Assembly: GCF_001194135.2 (NCBI RefSeq)
Contig: NC_069002.1
Span: 18,518,799 to 18,561,988, forward strand
Origin: Octopus bimaculoides
Taxonomy: Eukaryota
DNA length: 43,190 bases
Direction: 5' to 3'
A model generated the notes under the pieces. That model saw only the letters and a list, made by a program, of their open reading frames with translations, was not told the origin of the DNA and ran no database searches. Below, piece by piece: positions 12,514 through 24,100 of the stretch (positions are counted from its first letter, which is position 1; each line of letters begins with the position of its first letter). A program made the translations under genes and the position numbers.

Positions 12514-12682
12514 GTTGATTACATCGGTCCAGTGTTTAACTGTACTTATGTTATCGACTCAGAAACGATTAAAGGCGAAGTCAACCTGGGTGCAATTTGA
12601 GCCCAGAAAATTAAGGGGCAGAAGAAATTCTGCAAACCACTTTGTATTTTGTCCAGTGTGCCAACGATTCTACAAATATTTT
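12514..12682 (-). mobile_element. tRNA-derived SINE, family B variant
   Basis: gttgattacatcggtccagtgtttaactgtacttatgttatcgactcagaaacgattaaaggcgaagtcaacctggg...tttgagcccagaa is homologous to the other family B copies. Confidence 0.7.
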
Positions 12683-12817
12683 CTTTTATTTGCTACAAGA
12701 TATCGAAGAATTACAATACAATGAAAAGAATGTGAAACGAAGGTTTTCTTTCCATGATGTGTAGTTGGAACAAATGTTATAATACAGAGACTATGAATGG
12801 ATTCAAAAGCGTTATAC

Positions 12818-12924
<107 letters not shown>

Positions 12925-15382
12925 AAAATTTATATCACGTCAAATTGCGCCAGGATATCATTGTAAAGAGCATTTCATTCGTGTGGTTGAAATGCTCTCT
13001 TTCATAGCAGATAGGTTCCTCTTCGCCAGAAGAGTCCTTCACTTTCCGTGGCTTTTCATAAGAGAAGCTACCTTCATCAGAACGTGTTTCCTCTCATGTG
13101 AGGTATATTTCTCTTCACACGTTTTTGTTACCTTTATCGACTGATTTCGGTGAGATTTTGTTATTGTTTTCGAATAAATCTGCCCGTACCTTTTTGCCTC
13201 CATTTGCTCCTTATCTTTATAAATAGATGAAAGTTGACTACTGTGAGGAAATGCTTTCTGTTCGCTGACTTTCTTCTGTTTTTCATGTTGCTGGAGATAA
13301 CATTCTTTGTCTTCTTCAGTTGAAACTAGGAGAGAGTGACAAGTGGGACTTAGCTTCTGCCAATGAGGAATCAGGTAATTTTTTCATTACGGCTCTAGAG
13401 TTGTACCTGATGCCATCTTAAAATCTGCAACTTTCCTGGTGTAGTTTCCGTTATTTTTCTTTTAAACTTTCTTGAAAGGAAACCCTTAAAAGGCTTTTTA
13501 TTGACTGAAGTGTAACATTTTGCCATTTTGCTAGGATATTGGGTTTCAAGGTCTTCCTCTAAGCCCTTCCAACAGAGTACAATTTCAGTATTGTTTTGTG
13601 GTTTCGGGGTCATGATGGACGTGACTTTCGCTGATATGTGTGATTTCATGGGATGATGAGAATGATTCCAAATCGACACATATCGGTGAAAGTTACGTCT
13701 TCATTGACCAACTGCCCATATATTCTTACATAAATTTGACTATTAACCAAGGGGCTATGGTGATCAGATTCTGAGCCCAGTGTTTTTCCTTCCCAAATGT
13801 TATCCATCATTTTCTCCTCACAATACGCCGCCTCTATTTTGCTATTAAATTCTTAGTTTTTACTTTTTGCATTTTATTTTGTTATTCTACATCAAGCTTC
13901 TGAACAATTTAATACAAACATGTACTGAAAATAATGCGTATAATTTGTTATTACAAAATTTGATTATTATTTAAATTTTAGCTTTTTCCTATAATGAACG
14001 ACTCATATGAAAAATTAAACTTTTAAGTATATGTTTTATGTTCTGAAATGCTTTTACATCACGGAATCGTTTATTAAATTTCTGATGCATAATATGTAGT
14101 TTGGAAATACTTATCTCAATCAGTCAACGTCACAAAATTTATTTTCAAATCTATTTGAAACTCTTTTATAGAGATCGTTTACAATGTTCACGCGATCTTT
14201 AGCAAAAAAATATACAGTCAGAAAGAAACACTATAATATTTAATGATTGAACACAAAATTTGAACGAGGTTTATCGGTGCATTAAAGTAATTAATGGAAA
14301 ATCCAAAACATTAGCGACGTACTACTTTGTTTTAATCTTTTAGTTTAAGCTATAAATTAGAACTTCAATCGTTGTTCGAAAGGTAAGTATAAGAGATAAG
14401 ATAAAATAAAATAAAAACACTGACACCATTATCAAACGAACAGTCTTTACATTCTCGTATCGGTGCCATGTTGTTTAATTTCGTCACTCATTCCCATTCT
14501 TCAGAAATATAAGTATGAAACATTCTTTTATTGTAGGGTGGGTAATTGAGGAGTAAAGGTCAACACCCAAGTCCTTCTTTAGGGTTCACAAAGGGAATTA
14601 TATCAAGAAGGAGACCGCCCACTCATGAATTTGTGCAGAAGGCAGCAGGAGATCAATACCAGACGGAGTGGGCAAAAAAGAAAAACGACTCTGGTATTGG
14701 AGAAGAATGAATTTCTTAAAAAAAACAAAAAAACGTTCGTGGTATTTGAAGTAAGAATATAACTTAAAATTACGTCCTGCCATGTTGTGATACGCATCAG
14801 GCAGAAAGCTTCTGCCCGTGTGGTCGACATACTGCAGTTCTCTCTCCTCTATGATCACAATGGGCATCAGAATGCCCCGTGAAAACACTACAACCGCTAA
14901 AGAAACAAATGAATATCTACAAGAGCCTCAGTGAGACAGCAATGGAAATGGTCCCTATAAGAAGAATTCTACTGAACTACGCAAGAAAATAACTGTATCT
15001 ATATGTAATTAAGAATGACTATTTTACACGGAAGGTAACTTCGTTGCATTTATAATGGAAATGAATAGAAAAATTAACAGAAACACCTCCAAATTATGTT
15101 CGGGAAATTTCAATAACAGCTCGATCGTCGTGAGTAACTTCATTTTAAAGTAAAAATAAAAAAAAAGAATAAAAAATTATGTATATTTGGCAACTGTTTT
15201 GATCTGGGACCATATGATGGAACAGAAGGAAACATGAGCGTTGAAGTAGAGTTTTCCTTGCTACAATGAAAAGGAAGGTGAATAATGTATCGCTGAATGG
15301 TGGTCTTACTTTTCTATATAGATAAACTTCAAACATAACATATAGTTCAGTTCTATATTTAAGAGATGAGGATTTATTTACA

Positions 15383-15472
15383 TTATTTACATTATTTACA
15401 TTTGACGGATATTTGTGTTAACAACAAAAAAGATGAGGACAAATATCCGTCAAATGTAAATAATGTAAATAA
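15383..15472. repeat. Perfect 34-bp inverted repeat with 22-nt loop
   Basis: 15383-15416 is the exact reverse complement of 15439-15472 (acaaatatccgtcaaatgtaaataatgtaaataa). Confidence 0.95.
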
Positions 15473-16109
15473 CATATAGTTGTCGTGCATCGAAGTGAAG
15501 AATGAATAAGGAATCTCCATCGACTTCACTATGAGTAATTAGTTATTCCAACTGACTGAAATAATGTATTTCCCAGGTTGATTCAGTGTCACAAGATGGA
15601 ACATTAGTTTACACGAAGTGTCTATCTGTCGATTTACACACAAATTCTGTTTACCAAATTTCAGTCACAGTAATTTGGCAAAGTCTTTTACCAAAGCTTC
15701 GCGTATATTCACGCAGATGGATCGAATGTATTCCCTCTTAATTGCAATAAGACCAATTTAATTATTTGGCGATACGACATCCATAAATTAGAAATAAAAT
15801 TTAAGTAAATTTCAGCAAGACCAACCGTCTTCTTTGTCGATTTACAATAATTTAGAAAACTATTGATTAGATGTTAAATGGTGAAGGCACCATCTGAAAT
15901 TCACATATTCTGACTACATCTCTCAACATTCGCTGTTAGAATTGATCTACAAATTTATTTGACATTTACTGTATTTCTCAAAACATCTTCAAGTCAGTTT
16001 TGTGTTGGACATCACTTCTTTCCAGACAACACATCATTTCTTTCTCAGTTTCCAGCTTTATATTGGTTTCAAATTTTGGCACGATGCCAGCAGGTTTCAA
16101 GAATGTGCT

Positions 16110-16272
16110 AAGCCGATTACATCAACCTCAGTGTTCAACTGGTATCTATTCTATTGACCTCGATAGGACGAAAGATAAAGTCGGCCTCTGCAGAATATGA
16201 ACTCAAAATGTGAAGACGGTCAAACCACTAAGCATTCTGCCCGGCGTACCAACAATTCTGCCAGCTCAGCCT
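16110..16272 (-). mobile_element. tRNA-derived SINE, family B
   Basis: The plus strand ends ...ccggcgtaccaacaattctgccagctcagcc (reverse-complement head GGCTGAGCTGGCAGAATTGTTGG). The central domain is homologous to 23522-23685. Confidence 0.8.
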
Positions 16273-16459
16273 TGGTGGTCATCCTCGGATACTGTCATAT
16301 CTCTCTCTCTCTCTCTCTCTCTCTCCATANNNNNNNNNNNNNNNNNNNNNNNNNNNNNNNNNNNNNNNNNNNNNNNNNNNNNNNNNNNNNNNNNNNNNNN
16401 NNNNNNNNNNNNNNNNNNNNNNNNNNNNNNNNNNNNNNNNNNTATATATACATACATAC

Positions 16460-16491
<32 letters not shown>

Positions 16492-16493
16492 GT

Positions 16494-16904
16494 AAAAATC
16501 AAAAAAGGCAACACGGATTTGCAAGGTCATTGCAGTACGCACGTTTCATTCAACTCCATTTATTTAAGTAATGCGAGCATTACACTAAATGTAAAATGAA
16601 GAACAATCTTCAGCTTCACAAGGATACAGAAAATTTCCTGAAATTTCATTTCAGTACAATGGACATATTAAAACCATCTTGACATAGCCAAAGCTAGCAG
16701 GCTAGCTTTGGCTATGAAAAGATGGTTTTTTTGTATTCTTCTTTCCCCTTAGATTGTTGAAATGTTGTCACAGCAGTAATATGTCCATTGTACTGAAATG
16801 AAATTACATTTAATGTTATGCTCGCATTACTTAGATAAATGGAGTTGCATGAAACGTGCGTACTGCAATAACCTTGCAAATCTGTGTTGCCTTTTTTGAT
16901 TTTT
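16494..16904. mobile_element. Foldback / palindromic MITE-like element, about 410 bp
   Basis: Outer arms of about 100 bp (16494-16594 vs 16804-16904), inner arms of 29 bp (16642-16670 vs 16777-16805), and a central palindrome aaaaccatcttgacatagccaaagctagc-AG-gctagctttggctatgaaaagatggtttt. Confidence 0.85.
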
Positions 16905-17020
16905 GATCACCTTGTTTTTGGAATTGTTTGGATAATACCATACTATATTCTGGTGCCTAAACTTAAGTGCCATATTCAATTTTGAATCTAAATTTTATAT
17001 ATATATGTATGTATGTATGT

Positions 17021-17135
17021 AAGTGAGAAAGTCTTTTACGTTTCAAGCCTACGCACTTCAACAGAAGGGAACACAGAAATAAACAGAGAGAGACAATAAA
17101 AAAAGGTTTAGTGGCTAACGATCAATCATGGAGAA
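17021..17135 (-). mobile_element. Dispersed repeat, probable PLE terminal repeat fragment
   Basis: Clearly homologous to 27625-27735 (gtttc.agcctacgc.cttc.acagaa.ggaacacagaaa...gtggcta.cgatc.atcatgg.gaat). It contains a hammerhead-like motif. The PLE assignment is inferred from that motif. Confidence 0.65.
17033..17068 (-). ncRNA. Minimal type-I hammerhead-ribozyme-like motif (variant core)
   Basis: Minus strand reads CCTT CTGTTGA A GTGC-GTAG-GCTT GAAAC GT A AAAG: stem I strands, CUGxxGA core, stem II hairpin, GAAAC, and a palindromic ACGT in place of stem III. Confidence 0.5.
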
Positions 17136-17172
17136 TATACATACATACATACATACATCCACACACATATAT

Positions 17173-17937
17173 NNNNNNNNNNNNNNNNNNNNNNNNNNNN
17201 NNNNNNNNNNNNNNNNNNNNNNNNNNNNNNNNNNNNNNNNNNNNNNNNNNNNNNNNNNNNNNNNNNNNNNNNNNNNNNNNNNNNNNNNNNNNNNNNNNNN
17301 NNNNNNNNNNNNNNNNNNNNNNNNNNNNNNNNNNNNNNNNNNNNNNNNNNNNNNNNNNNNNNNNNNNNNNNNNNNNNNNNNNNNNNNNNNNNNNNNNNNN
17401 NNNNNNNNNNNNNNNNNNNNNNNNNNNNNNNNNNNNNNNNNNNNNNNNNNNNNNNNNNNNNNNNNNNNNNNNNNNNNNNNNNNNNNNNNNNNNNNNNNNN
17501 NNNNNNNNNNNNNNNNNNNNNNNNNNNNNNNNNNNNNNNNNNNNNNNNNNNNNNNNNNNNNNNNNNNNNNNNNNNNNNNNNNNNNNNNNNNNNNNNNNNN
17601 NNNNNNNNNNNNNNNNNNNNNNNNNNNNNNNNNNNNNNNNNNNNNNNNNNNNNNNNNNNNNNNNNNNNNNNNNNNNNNNNNNNNNNNNNNNNNNNNNNNN
17701 NNNNNNNNNNNNNNNNNNNNNNNNNNNNNNNNNNNNNNNNNNNNNNNNNNNNNNNNNNNNNNNNNNNNNNNNNNNNNNNNNNNNNNNNNNNNNNNNNNNN
17801 NNNNNNNNNNNNNNNNNNNNNNNNNNNNNNNNNNNNNNNNNNNNNNNNNNNNNNNNNNNNNNNNNNNNNNNNNNNNNNNNNNNNNNNNNNNNNNNNNNNN
17901 NNNNNNNNNNNNNNNNNNNNNNNNNNNNNNNNNNNNN
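17173..17937. other. Assembly gap (N run)
   Basis: 765 N. Confidence 1.
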
Positions 17938-18112
17938 CTTAAAACCAGATTTATCGCCTTTAAATAAATGAAGACACATTGAAGAATATTATACAAGAAA
18001 GGTTCCGTGTAAAATTTAGACAGGATGATCACGGTTGGACTGGGGTGAATTATAACAACATATGAGAGAGAAAGAGAGGGAAAGAGAGTGAGAATGAGAG
18101 AGAGAGAGTGAG

Positions 18113-18149
<37 letters not shown>

Positions 18150-18164
18150 AGCTTCCGGACAGAT

Positions 18165-18270
18165 ACATTATTTAAAGGACGAAAAGCAAAGTTGACCTGG
18201 AGGGGATCTGAACTCAGAATGCAGCGCGCCAGAAAGAATACCACAACGTTATTTATCCAACACTTTAGCG
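18165..18270 (-). mobile_element. tRNA-derived SINE, family B variant, degenerate
   Basis: ggacgaaaagcaaagttgacctggaggggatctgaactcagaatgcag matches the family B central domain and B-box on the minus strand. Confidence 0.6.
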
Positions 18271-19726
18271 GCTCCATTAATACAATATCAGTGATGAGAA
18301 ACGGAAAACCAAGTGAGTGGTGGCTGTTAAAGTTTAGTTACTGATCCAGAAAGCCGAAAGACAATAGGAACAGAAAGAGGCTTTTGATAATGTCTTCTGC
18401 AAGAAACAATAAATCTCTCAGTTTATTTTAAGACATAATCGTAATTTACAGATAAATTTCACGAGCAACATTTAACTGATTAACCTTATTATAAACTCAA
18501 GTCTAATATACGATACTTGTATTGTTTCTGAATAATTTTATTACTTCTAAAAACGTTTATTGTTTCTAAATATTTCCCACATTCACTGTAAATAAATTTG
18601 CAATAAACGTCATATTAGAAATGTGAGTAGGAACAATGGAAAACTGAACATAAAAATTACAATTTCAATCGATTACTTTATCGCTGGCAATCGTTTCTAC
18701 TCCAACTCTTAAAAGTATCTCAAAAGATGTTACACTGTTCAATTAAAAACAAAATATTCTGTTGACTTTTACACAATTCTTATAGGTGCGCCTCGCCATG
18801 ATCTCCAGCAATTAACCAAGGATAGTTAGTCTTTCTACATTTGAGCATCCAGCGGAACAGAACATTTAAAATTAAGTTCACTCACAGAACATCGGAAACT
18901 TCAAGAGCAATTGGATTATTTCTCAAAAGGTTGTTAAAAATCCCAGTTTTCTGAGCTTTTGGTGCAATTTACTCTATTTCGATGCTATAATTTTGAAAAT
19001 TGACAAATCGGCTTCCAAACTGATTGTTACCAAATCATGTATACCACATTTTTCAACGACAGTATTAGCTCAAACTACATGATAATCTGCTCAATGTCCT
19101 TAATCTTTGGAGTAAGAAGACGAGCTACCACTCACGATTATCTTTTGTAATAGAAAACGTACGAGACATAATGAATAGAAAATTTCCCAGTGGCTCCAGT
19201 CCGATCTAAGGCAATAAAAAGCAAGCCTCCTTGTGAATAAAAACGATACATTAATTGTCTTTCATCATGAAAGATGTTTTTCGCTTTAAGTGTGAAAATA
19301 AACGGGAGATAAAAGTAACAACTGAAAGCCGTTTTCGAGAGATTATTCGTATAGTAGTGGTGCTACACATCAAATACATTGCCATGGTTATAGATAAGAG
19401 CAACTTTCTGCTGACATAAGGATTAATACCATATTAACGGATACATTCAATTGGATTTTTTTGTTGCCCGTGAGAAATAAAATATTGGCATTTCATTTAA
19501 GTACAGACGCCCGATATTTTAAGAGAATGGTGTGTTATAACTATCAATAACACAAATTAGAATGCAATCTAGTCCAACAATTAGAAGTATCTTAAGAGTT
19601 TTGATTTCTAGTTAAATTTATTTCAATCGGGAATTGAATGTCATCAGAAATCGAAATCATATATCATAATCAGAACTCCAGTGGGTAAAAAATACTTAGC
19701 GCTTCAACTCTTTCCATGAATAAATA

Positions 19727-19829
19727 CAGTAATCCCTCGCCTACAGTACAGTACTGTTTCTATTTCGCGGATTTTCACCTATTACGAGGGATTTGGAACG
19801 TAACACCCAGGATAGTCGAGGGATTACTG
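19727..19829. mobile_element. Tigger/pogo-type MITE, 103 bp
   Basis: TA|CAGTAATCCCTCGCCTA ... TAGTCGAGGGATTACTG|TA: CAGT-starting TIRs with a TA target-site duplication. Confidence 0.9.
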
Positions 19830-20276
19830 TATTCATACATCGATTTCGTACATCGAAAGAGGTTATCTATTTGTAAATAAGAGCCGTTGGTGATTGATTC
19901 ACTTTCTGTATACTTATTCATCAGCTTCATTTGAATAAAAAAGGAAAACGAATTCTTTTCTGGCTGGATTTTAATTCAGAACGCAGATAGATGAAGCTAA
20001 ATATTGCCAGGTATTTTCATAGCGTTCTTTAATTCCCGACAACATTCACTACTTTCCAATATAAATACTTATTAATATTGTGGTGTAAAGTATAGAAGAG
20101 AATGGCTGATGTTTTTAATATCGGAAATTGTGAATATATCAAGTAAAAATGACACCTGGTTATTAAGTACGATTGAAAAGAAGAGAGTGCTGCAGAATTA
20201 TTACTAGATGGTGTATACGAATGGATGGTGGATAGGCTGCTAAATTTTATCAATTATCTCACTGTGAGTCACAGTA

Positions 20277-20305
20277 CTATATATATATATACATATACAT
20301 ATACA

Positions 20306-20354
<49 letters not shown>

Positions 20355-20560
20355 CGTACATGTATGTACGTACATACATACATGTGTACAAATATATGGG
20401 AGAATGTACGAAAAAACAACAACAGACGAGGAGAGGTGGTGTACAAATATATATGTATATATATGCATATATACATATATATTCCATTGATCCGTAAATA
20501 TATATATGTGTGTGTATGTGCGTGTGTGTGTGTGTGTATGTGCGCGTGTGTGTATGCGTG
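20277..20560 (+). repeat. Compound (TA)n/(TG)n microsatellite cluster
   Basis: Direct inspection. Confidence 0.9.
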
Positions 20561-21495
20561 TGAATGTAGAAAATATACAGGAATAAGCGTATGTCTAAAC
20601 AGTCTATCAATCATAGAGTAATTAAATTTCCTAAAACGTTTTCGTCTAAGTGAAACACTTTCTCTCAGCAGGTTGTCCAGAATAATGTATGGATAAATAT
20701 GGTAAACGTCGGTGATATAATTTTAGAGTATTGATAAGCGGGTCTAGTGATTTCGATACATTACATAAATTATAATACTTTGTGTCTGGTCGAAAGAAAT
20801 CAATATTTAAGAAATATCATGTGAGATGACAAAACCATTAGTAGAACAGAATATATTAAGTGATATTCTACTGCAGAATTCTGTTTTGTGAACTGATATC
20901 CCATTGATGTTGATTTGGTCTTTCAACCCTCCAGTGTTTATGCAAAACTAGCAGCCGGTTTGGTACCAGGGCAAATCCTATGTTAACGAACCTGTGAACA
21001 AAGGTTATCTATGAAAGGTGACCATCATGTCTCTTTTCATATTAATGACTACCGCATCCAATGGTATTATTGCATATATAAAATAATATTACGTGTTTCG
21101 TGGTATATGGCTGCGATTTCCAAGATTCACATGTTGTTCCAGTTTATTGGTGCTAGCTTCTGTGTTCAATTAGATTGGTAGTTATACCAGTTTTCCGTGA
21201 CCACTATAAGATCTAAGAGGTACCTCTGACAGGACAAGGACCATTTCTTAAATTCACAATAACAAACTGTCATCCGAAAAAGCATTGGTCAGTTCTACAG
21301 TACACTGCTTTCGACCAAAGACGAATGTATATACGTGGTCGTTGGATCTACTGGAAATAGCAGTCTAATTTATATCACATCTCGCTCTGTTTTCTGATAC
21401 GACATGAAGAACACATTTAGGAATATTATTTAGGGTAGTATTATACCGAGAAAATGTGAACCCAGGTGTCATGAAAAGATAGATTAGATCCATCC

Positions 21496-21930
21496 TATTT
21501 TGTTGAGTCCCATGTTTTGCAATATTTAGGCCACTTATTTGCTTTATTCGCCAAGTAGAAGCCATAGTGTTGCATCATCTGAAGCAACCTTTCTATCAGT
21601 TCTTTGATTCCACAAGGATACTTGTTCTTGTCTTTCGAGGCGAAGAAATCTTTCACTGAAGTTTCCACCTCCTCTTAATTGATGTAACACCGCGTGTGCA
21701 GGAAATGAGCCATCGGAACAAGTAACAAACTGAAGGAGATAGGTCCAGACTATATGGTTGATGAGACATCAACTCAATTCCTTCAAGTTCCTGAAATTTT
21801 TTCCGGGTCGTTCGAGCGGTATGAGGTCTTGTGTTATGTTGCTGTAGAAAGAACTCGGTTTCTGTCAACCAATGCCAGGAAATTTTGCTTCACTTATTCG
21901 GAATATAGTGTGGCATCGTAGTGAATTATT
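21496..21930 (-). mobile_element. Decayed mariner transposase 3' part and 3' UTR
   Basis: Minus-strand translation gives LQQHNTRPHTARTTRKKFQELEGIELMSHQPYSLDLSPS (cf. HDNARPH and HPPYSPDLAPSD), followed by VETSVKDFFASKDKNKY. Confidence 0.88.
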
Positions 21931-22051
21931 TCCTCACAATTCCACTAGATGCTGAGCATTACATCGTGTTCGAAGCACCTTTGTTTGACGACAGGAGTTT
22001 GCTTGACTACTGCTTTATGCACGTTAGGATTGCAGTAAGATATATCCATCA

Positions 22052-22310
22052 GATTATTACCTGTTCCGATCCATGGCTCACCTCCTGCGCTCCTGAAGAT
22101 CCATCAACCCAGAGAAGGTGGAAACTACAATGAAGGAGTTCTTCCCATCGAAGGGCAAGAATTGGTATCAGTGTGGGATCAAAGAAATTGCAGAAAAGGT
22201 GACTTCAGACGGTGCAACACGATGGCCTCTACTGTAAATGCCAGGCTGCTTTTCATGTCTAAAGCAAATAAGTTACCAAAATATTTCAAAACGTTCAACT
22301 CAGCACAATA
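22052..22310 (+). mobile_element. Decayed mariner 3' end, same family as 21496-21930, opposite orientation
   Basis: Translation gives DYYLFRSMAHLLR...VETTMKEFFPSKGKNWYQCGIKEIAEK. The 3' UTR aaagcaaataagttaccaaaatatttcaaaac matches the reverse complement of 21496-21550. Confidence 0.88.
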
Positions 22311-22346
22311 TATCTGTTTTATTAGGATCGACTCGAGACTAAAACA

Positions 22347-22396
22347 CCAGCAACAACAACAACAACAACAACAACAAAAGTAACATCAACAACAAC
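22347..22396 (+). repeat. (CAA)n microsatellite
   Basis: Direct inspection. Confidence 0.95.
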
Positions 22397-22543
22397 AGGT
22401 CTGTAGAAATATTAGAATCTAGTCATATTACTTCCAATAACTCTTTACCACAGGATAGGGTGAGATATGAAGCTCAACGCTGAGAAGGGCTCAAAGAAGT
22501 ATCAGTGACAGGGTACGGACCGTCAAACTGTCCACTCTATCTC

Positions 22544-22604
<61 letters not shown>

Positions 22605-23269
22605 TACAAAAATATGTATGCGTGCGTGTGTACGTGTGCGTTTGTATTTGTCACCGTTCTCTCACCGCTTCACACACCCAGAACCCAACTGTTCAGCGAG
22701 AAATCACAGACACAAGATGAACGGGATTTGAAATAAGAAGTCGAATTGCTTGGATGAGACCATTAAAGGCAGCGTTTCACATAGCTGTAATCTAGTGACT
22801 GCAACAAGCAAAAGATTACATGTGCACGTATGAGTGTGTGTGCGTGTATGTTTGTGTGTATGTGTGTGTGTATACATGTGTGTATATATGTGTGTGTGCG
22901 TGTAAGAAAGAGAGAGAGAATACACTTGAATTCTCAAGTGTTGGTTTTGAAATGTAACGGAAAGTACACCATGTTGAAGAAACAGTCGAAGTAGAATACT
23001 TTCGCATTGGAGAGATCGTAGTCACAGGAAATTCATTACGATTCTCTTTGTATCTGGAGAAAGTCTAACGATTCTTTGGTAGCATTCCATATTTGTCTGG
23101 TGTGGCCGAACAATGCTAATTAAAGATTGCAGATGGCTCCGGAAAATGTATAAATGGAAGTGGAGGAAATTAGGGAAGGAGAAAGAAAGAAAGGAAGAGA
23201 GAAAGAAAGAGTCAAAGAGAAAATATCTGTTACCACATTAGTAGTGATTGAACTTGTGCGTTGCTTTAG

Positions 23270-23271
<2 letters not shown>

Positions 23272-23345
<74 letters not shown>
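23272..23345 (+). repeat. (CT)n microsatellite
   Basis: Direct inspection. Confidence 0.98.
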
Positions 23346-23353
<8 letters not shown>

Positions 23354-23521
23354 CCTCACACACACACACACAAAGGTATAAAAGTACGAAAAGGAATAAG
23401 CGTTCAATCTCAAAGATAACGCATTTGGAGTGTCATTATTTTACATTTGATATTTACAAAGCGCATACACATACATACATACATACATACATACATACAT
23501 AAATGTTAGGGGAAGTGTATA

Positions 23522-23685
23522 ATCGATTACATAGGCATCAGCCTTTAATTGGTACTTATTTATCGACTCAGAAAGGAAGAAAGGTAAAGTTGACCTCGGA
23601 GGCATTTGAACTCAGAATTGAAAGACGAATGAAATACCGATAAGTATTTTTCCCGGCGTGCTAACGGTTCTGCCAGCTCACCGCC
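23522..23685 (-). mobile_element. tRNA-derived SINE, family B
   Basis: The reverse-complement head GGCGGTGAGCTGGCAGAACCGTTAGCACGCCGGG has A-box-like and B-box-like (GAGTTCAAATGCC) elements, followed by the central domain ctttacctttcttcctttctgagtcgataaataagtacc. Confidence 0.88.
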
Positions 23686-23699
23686 TTAGGGGACACACA

Positions 23700-23756
<57 letters not shown>

Positions 23757-23875
23757 GCACCCAAACAAACNNNNNNNNNNACACATATGCACCCAAACAA
23801 ACACACACACATACGCAGGCATTTATATATGTGTATGTGTGTGTGTGTAATATATATATATATATGTAATGTATG

Positions 23876-24035
23876 ACGTAGGCGTGGCTGATTGTAAGAA
23901 GTTTGTTACCAACCACATCGTTCCGGGTTCAGTCCTACTGCATGGCACCTTAAGCAAGTGTCTTCTCCTATAGCCACAGGCCGAATAAACCCTTGTGAGT
24001 GGATTTGGTAAACGGAAACTGAAAGAAGCACATGG
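23876..24035 (+). mobile_element. tRNA-derived SINE, family A (CORE-like), 5' part
   Basis: ggcgtggctgattgtaagaag...ccgggttcagtcctactgcatggcaccttaagcaagtgtcttct...ccttgtgagtggatttggtaaacggaaactgaaagaagc has a B-box-like GGTTCAGTCC and a CORE-like ggcacctt..gcaagtgt motif. Confidence 0.88.
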
Positions 24036-24059
24036 TATATATATATATATATATGTGCG

Positions 24060-24100
<41 letters not shown>

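Noticed and set aside
18860-19100. Possible hAT/Charlie transposase C-terminal relic (LQEQL, LSFWCNL, IPHFSTT)
   Set aside because: Only three weak motif echoes and no TIR.
23742-23802. Direct repeat acacatatgcacccaaacaaac on both sides of a 10-N gap
   Set aside because: Typical unmerged contig overlap, i.e. an assembly artefact.
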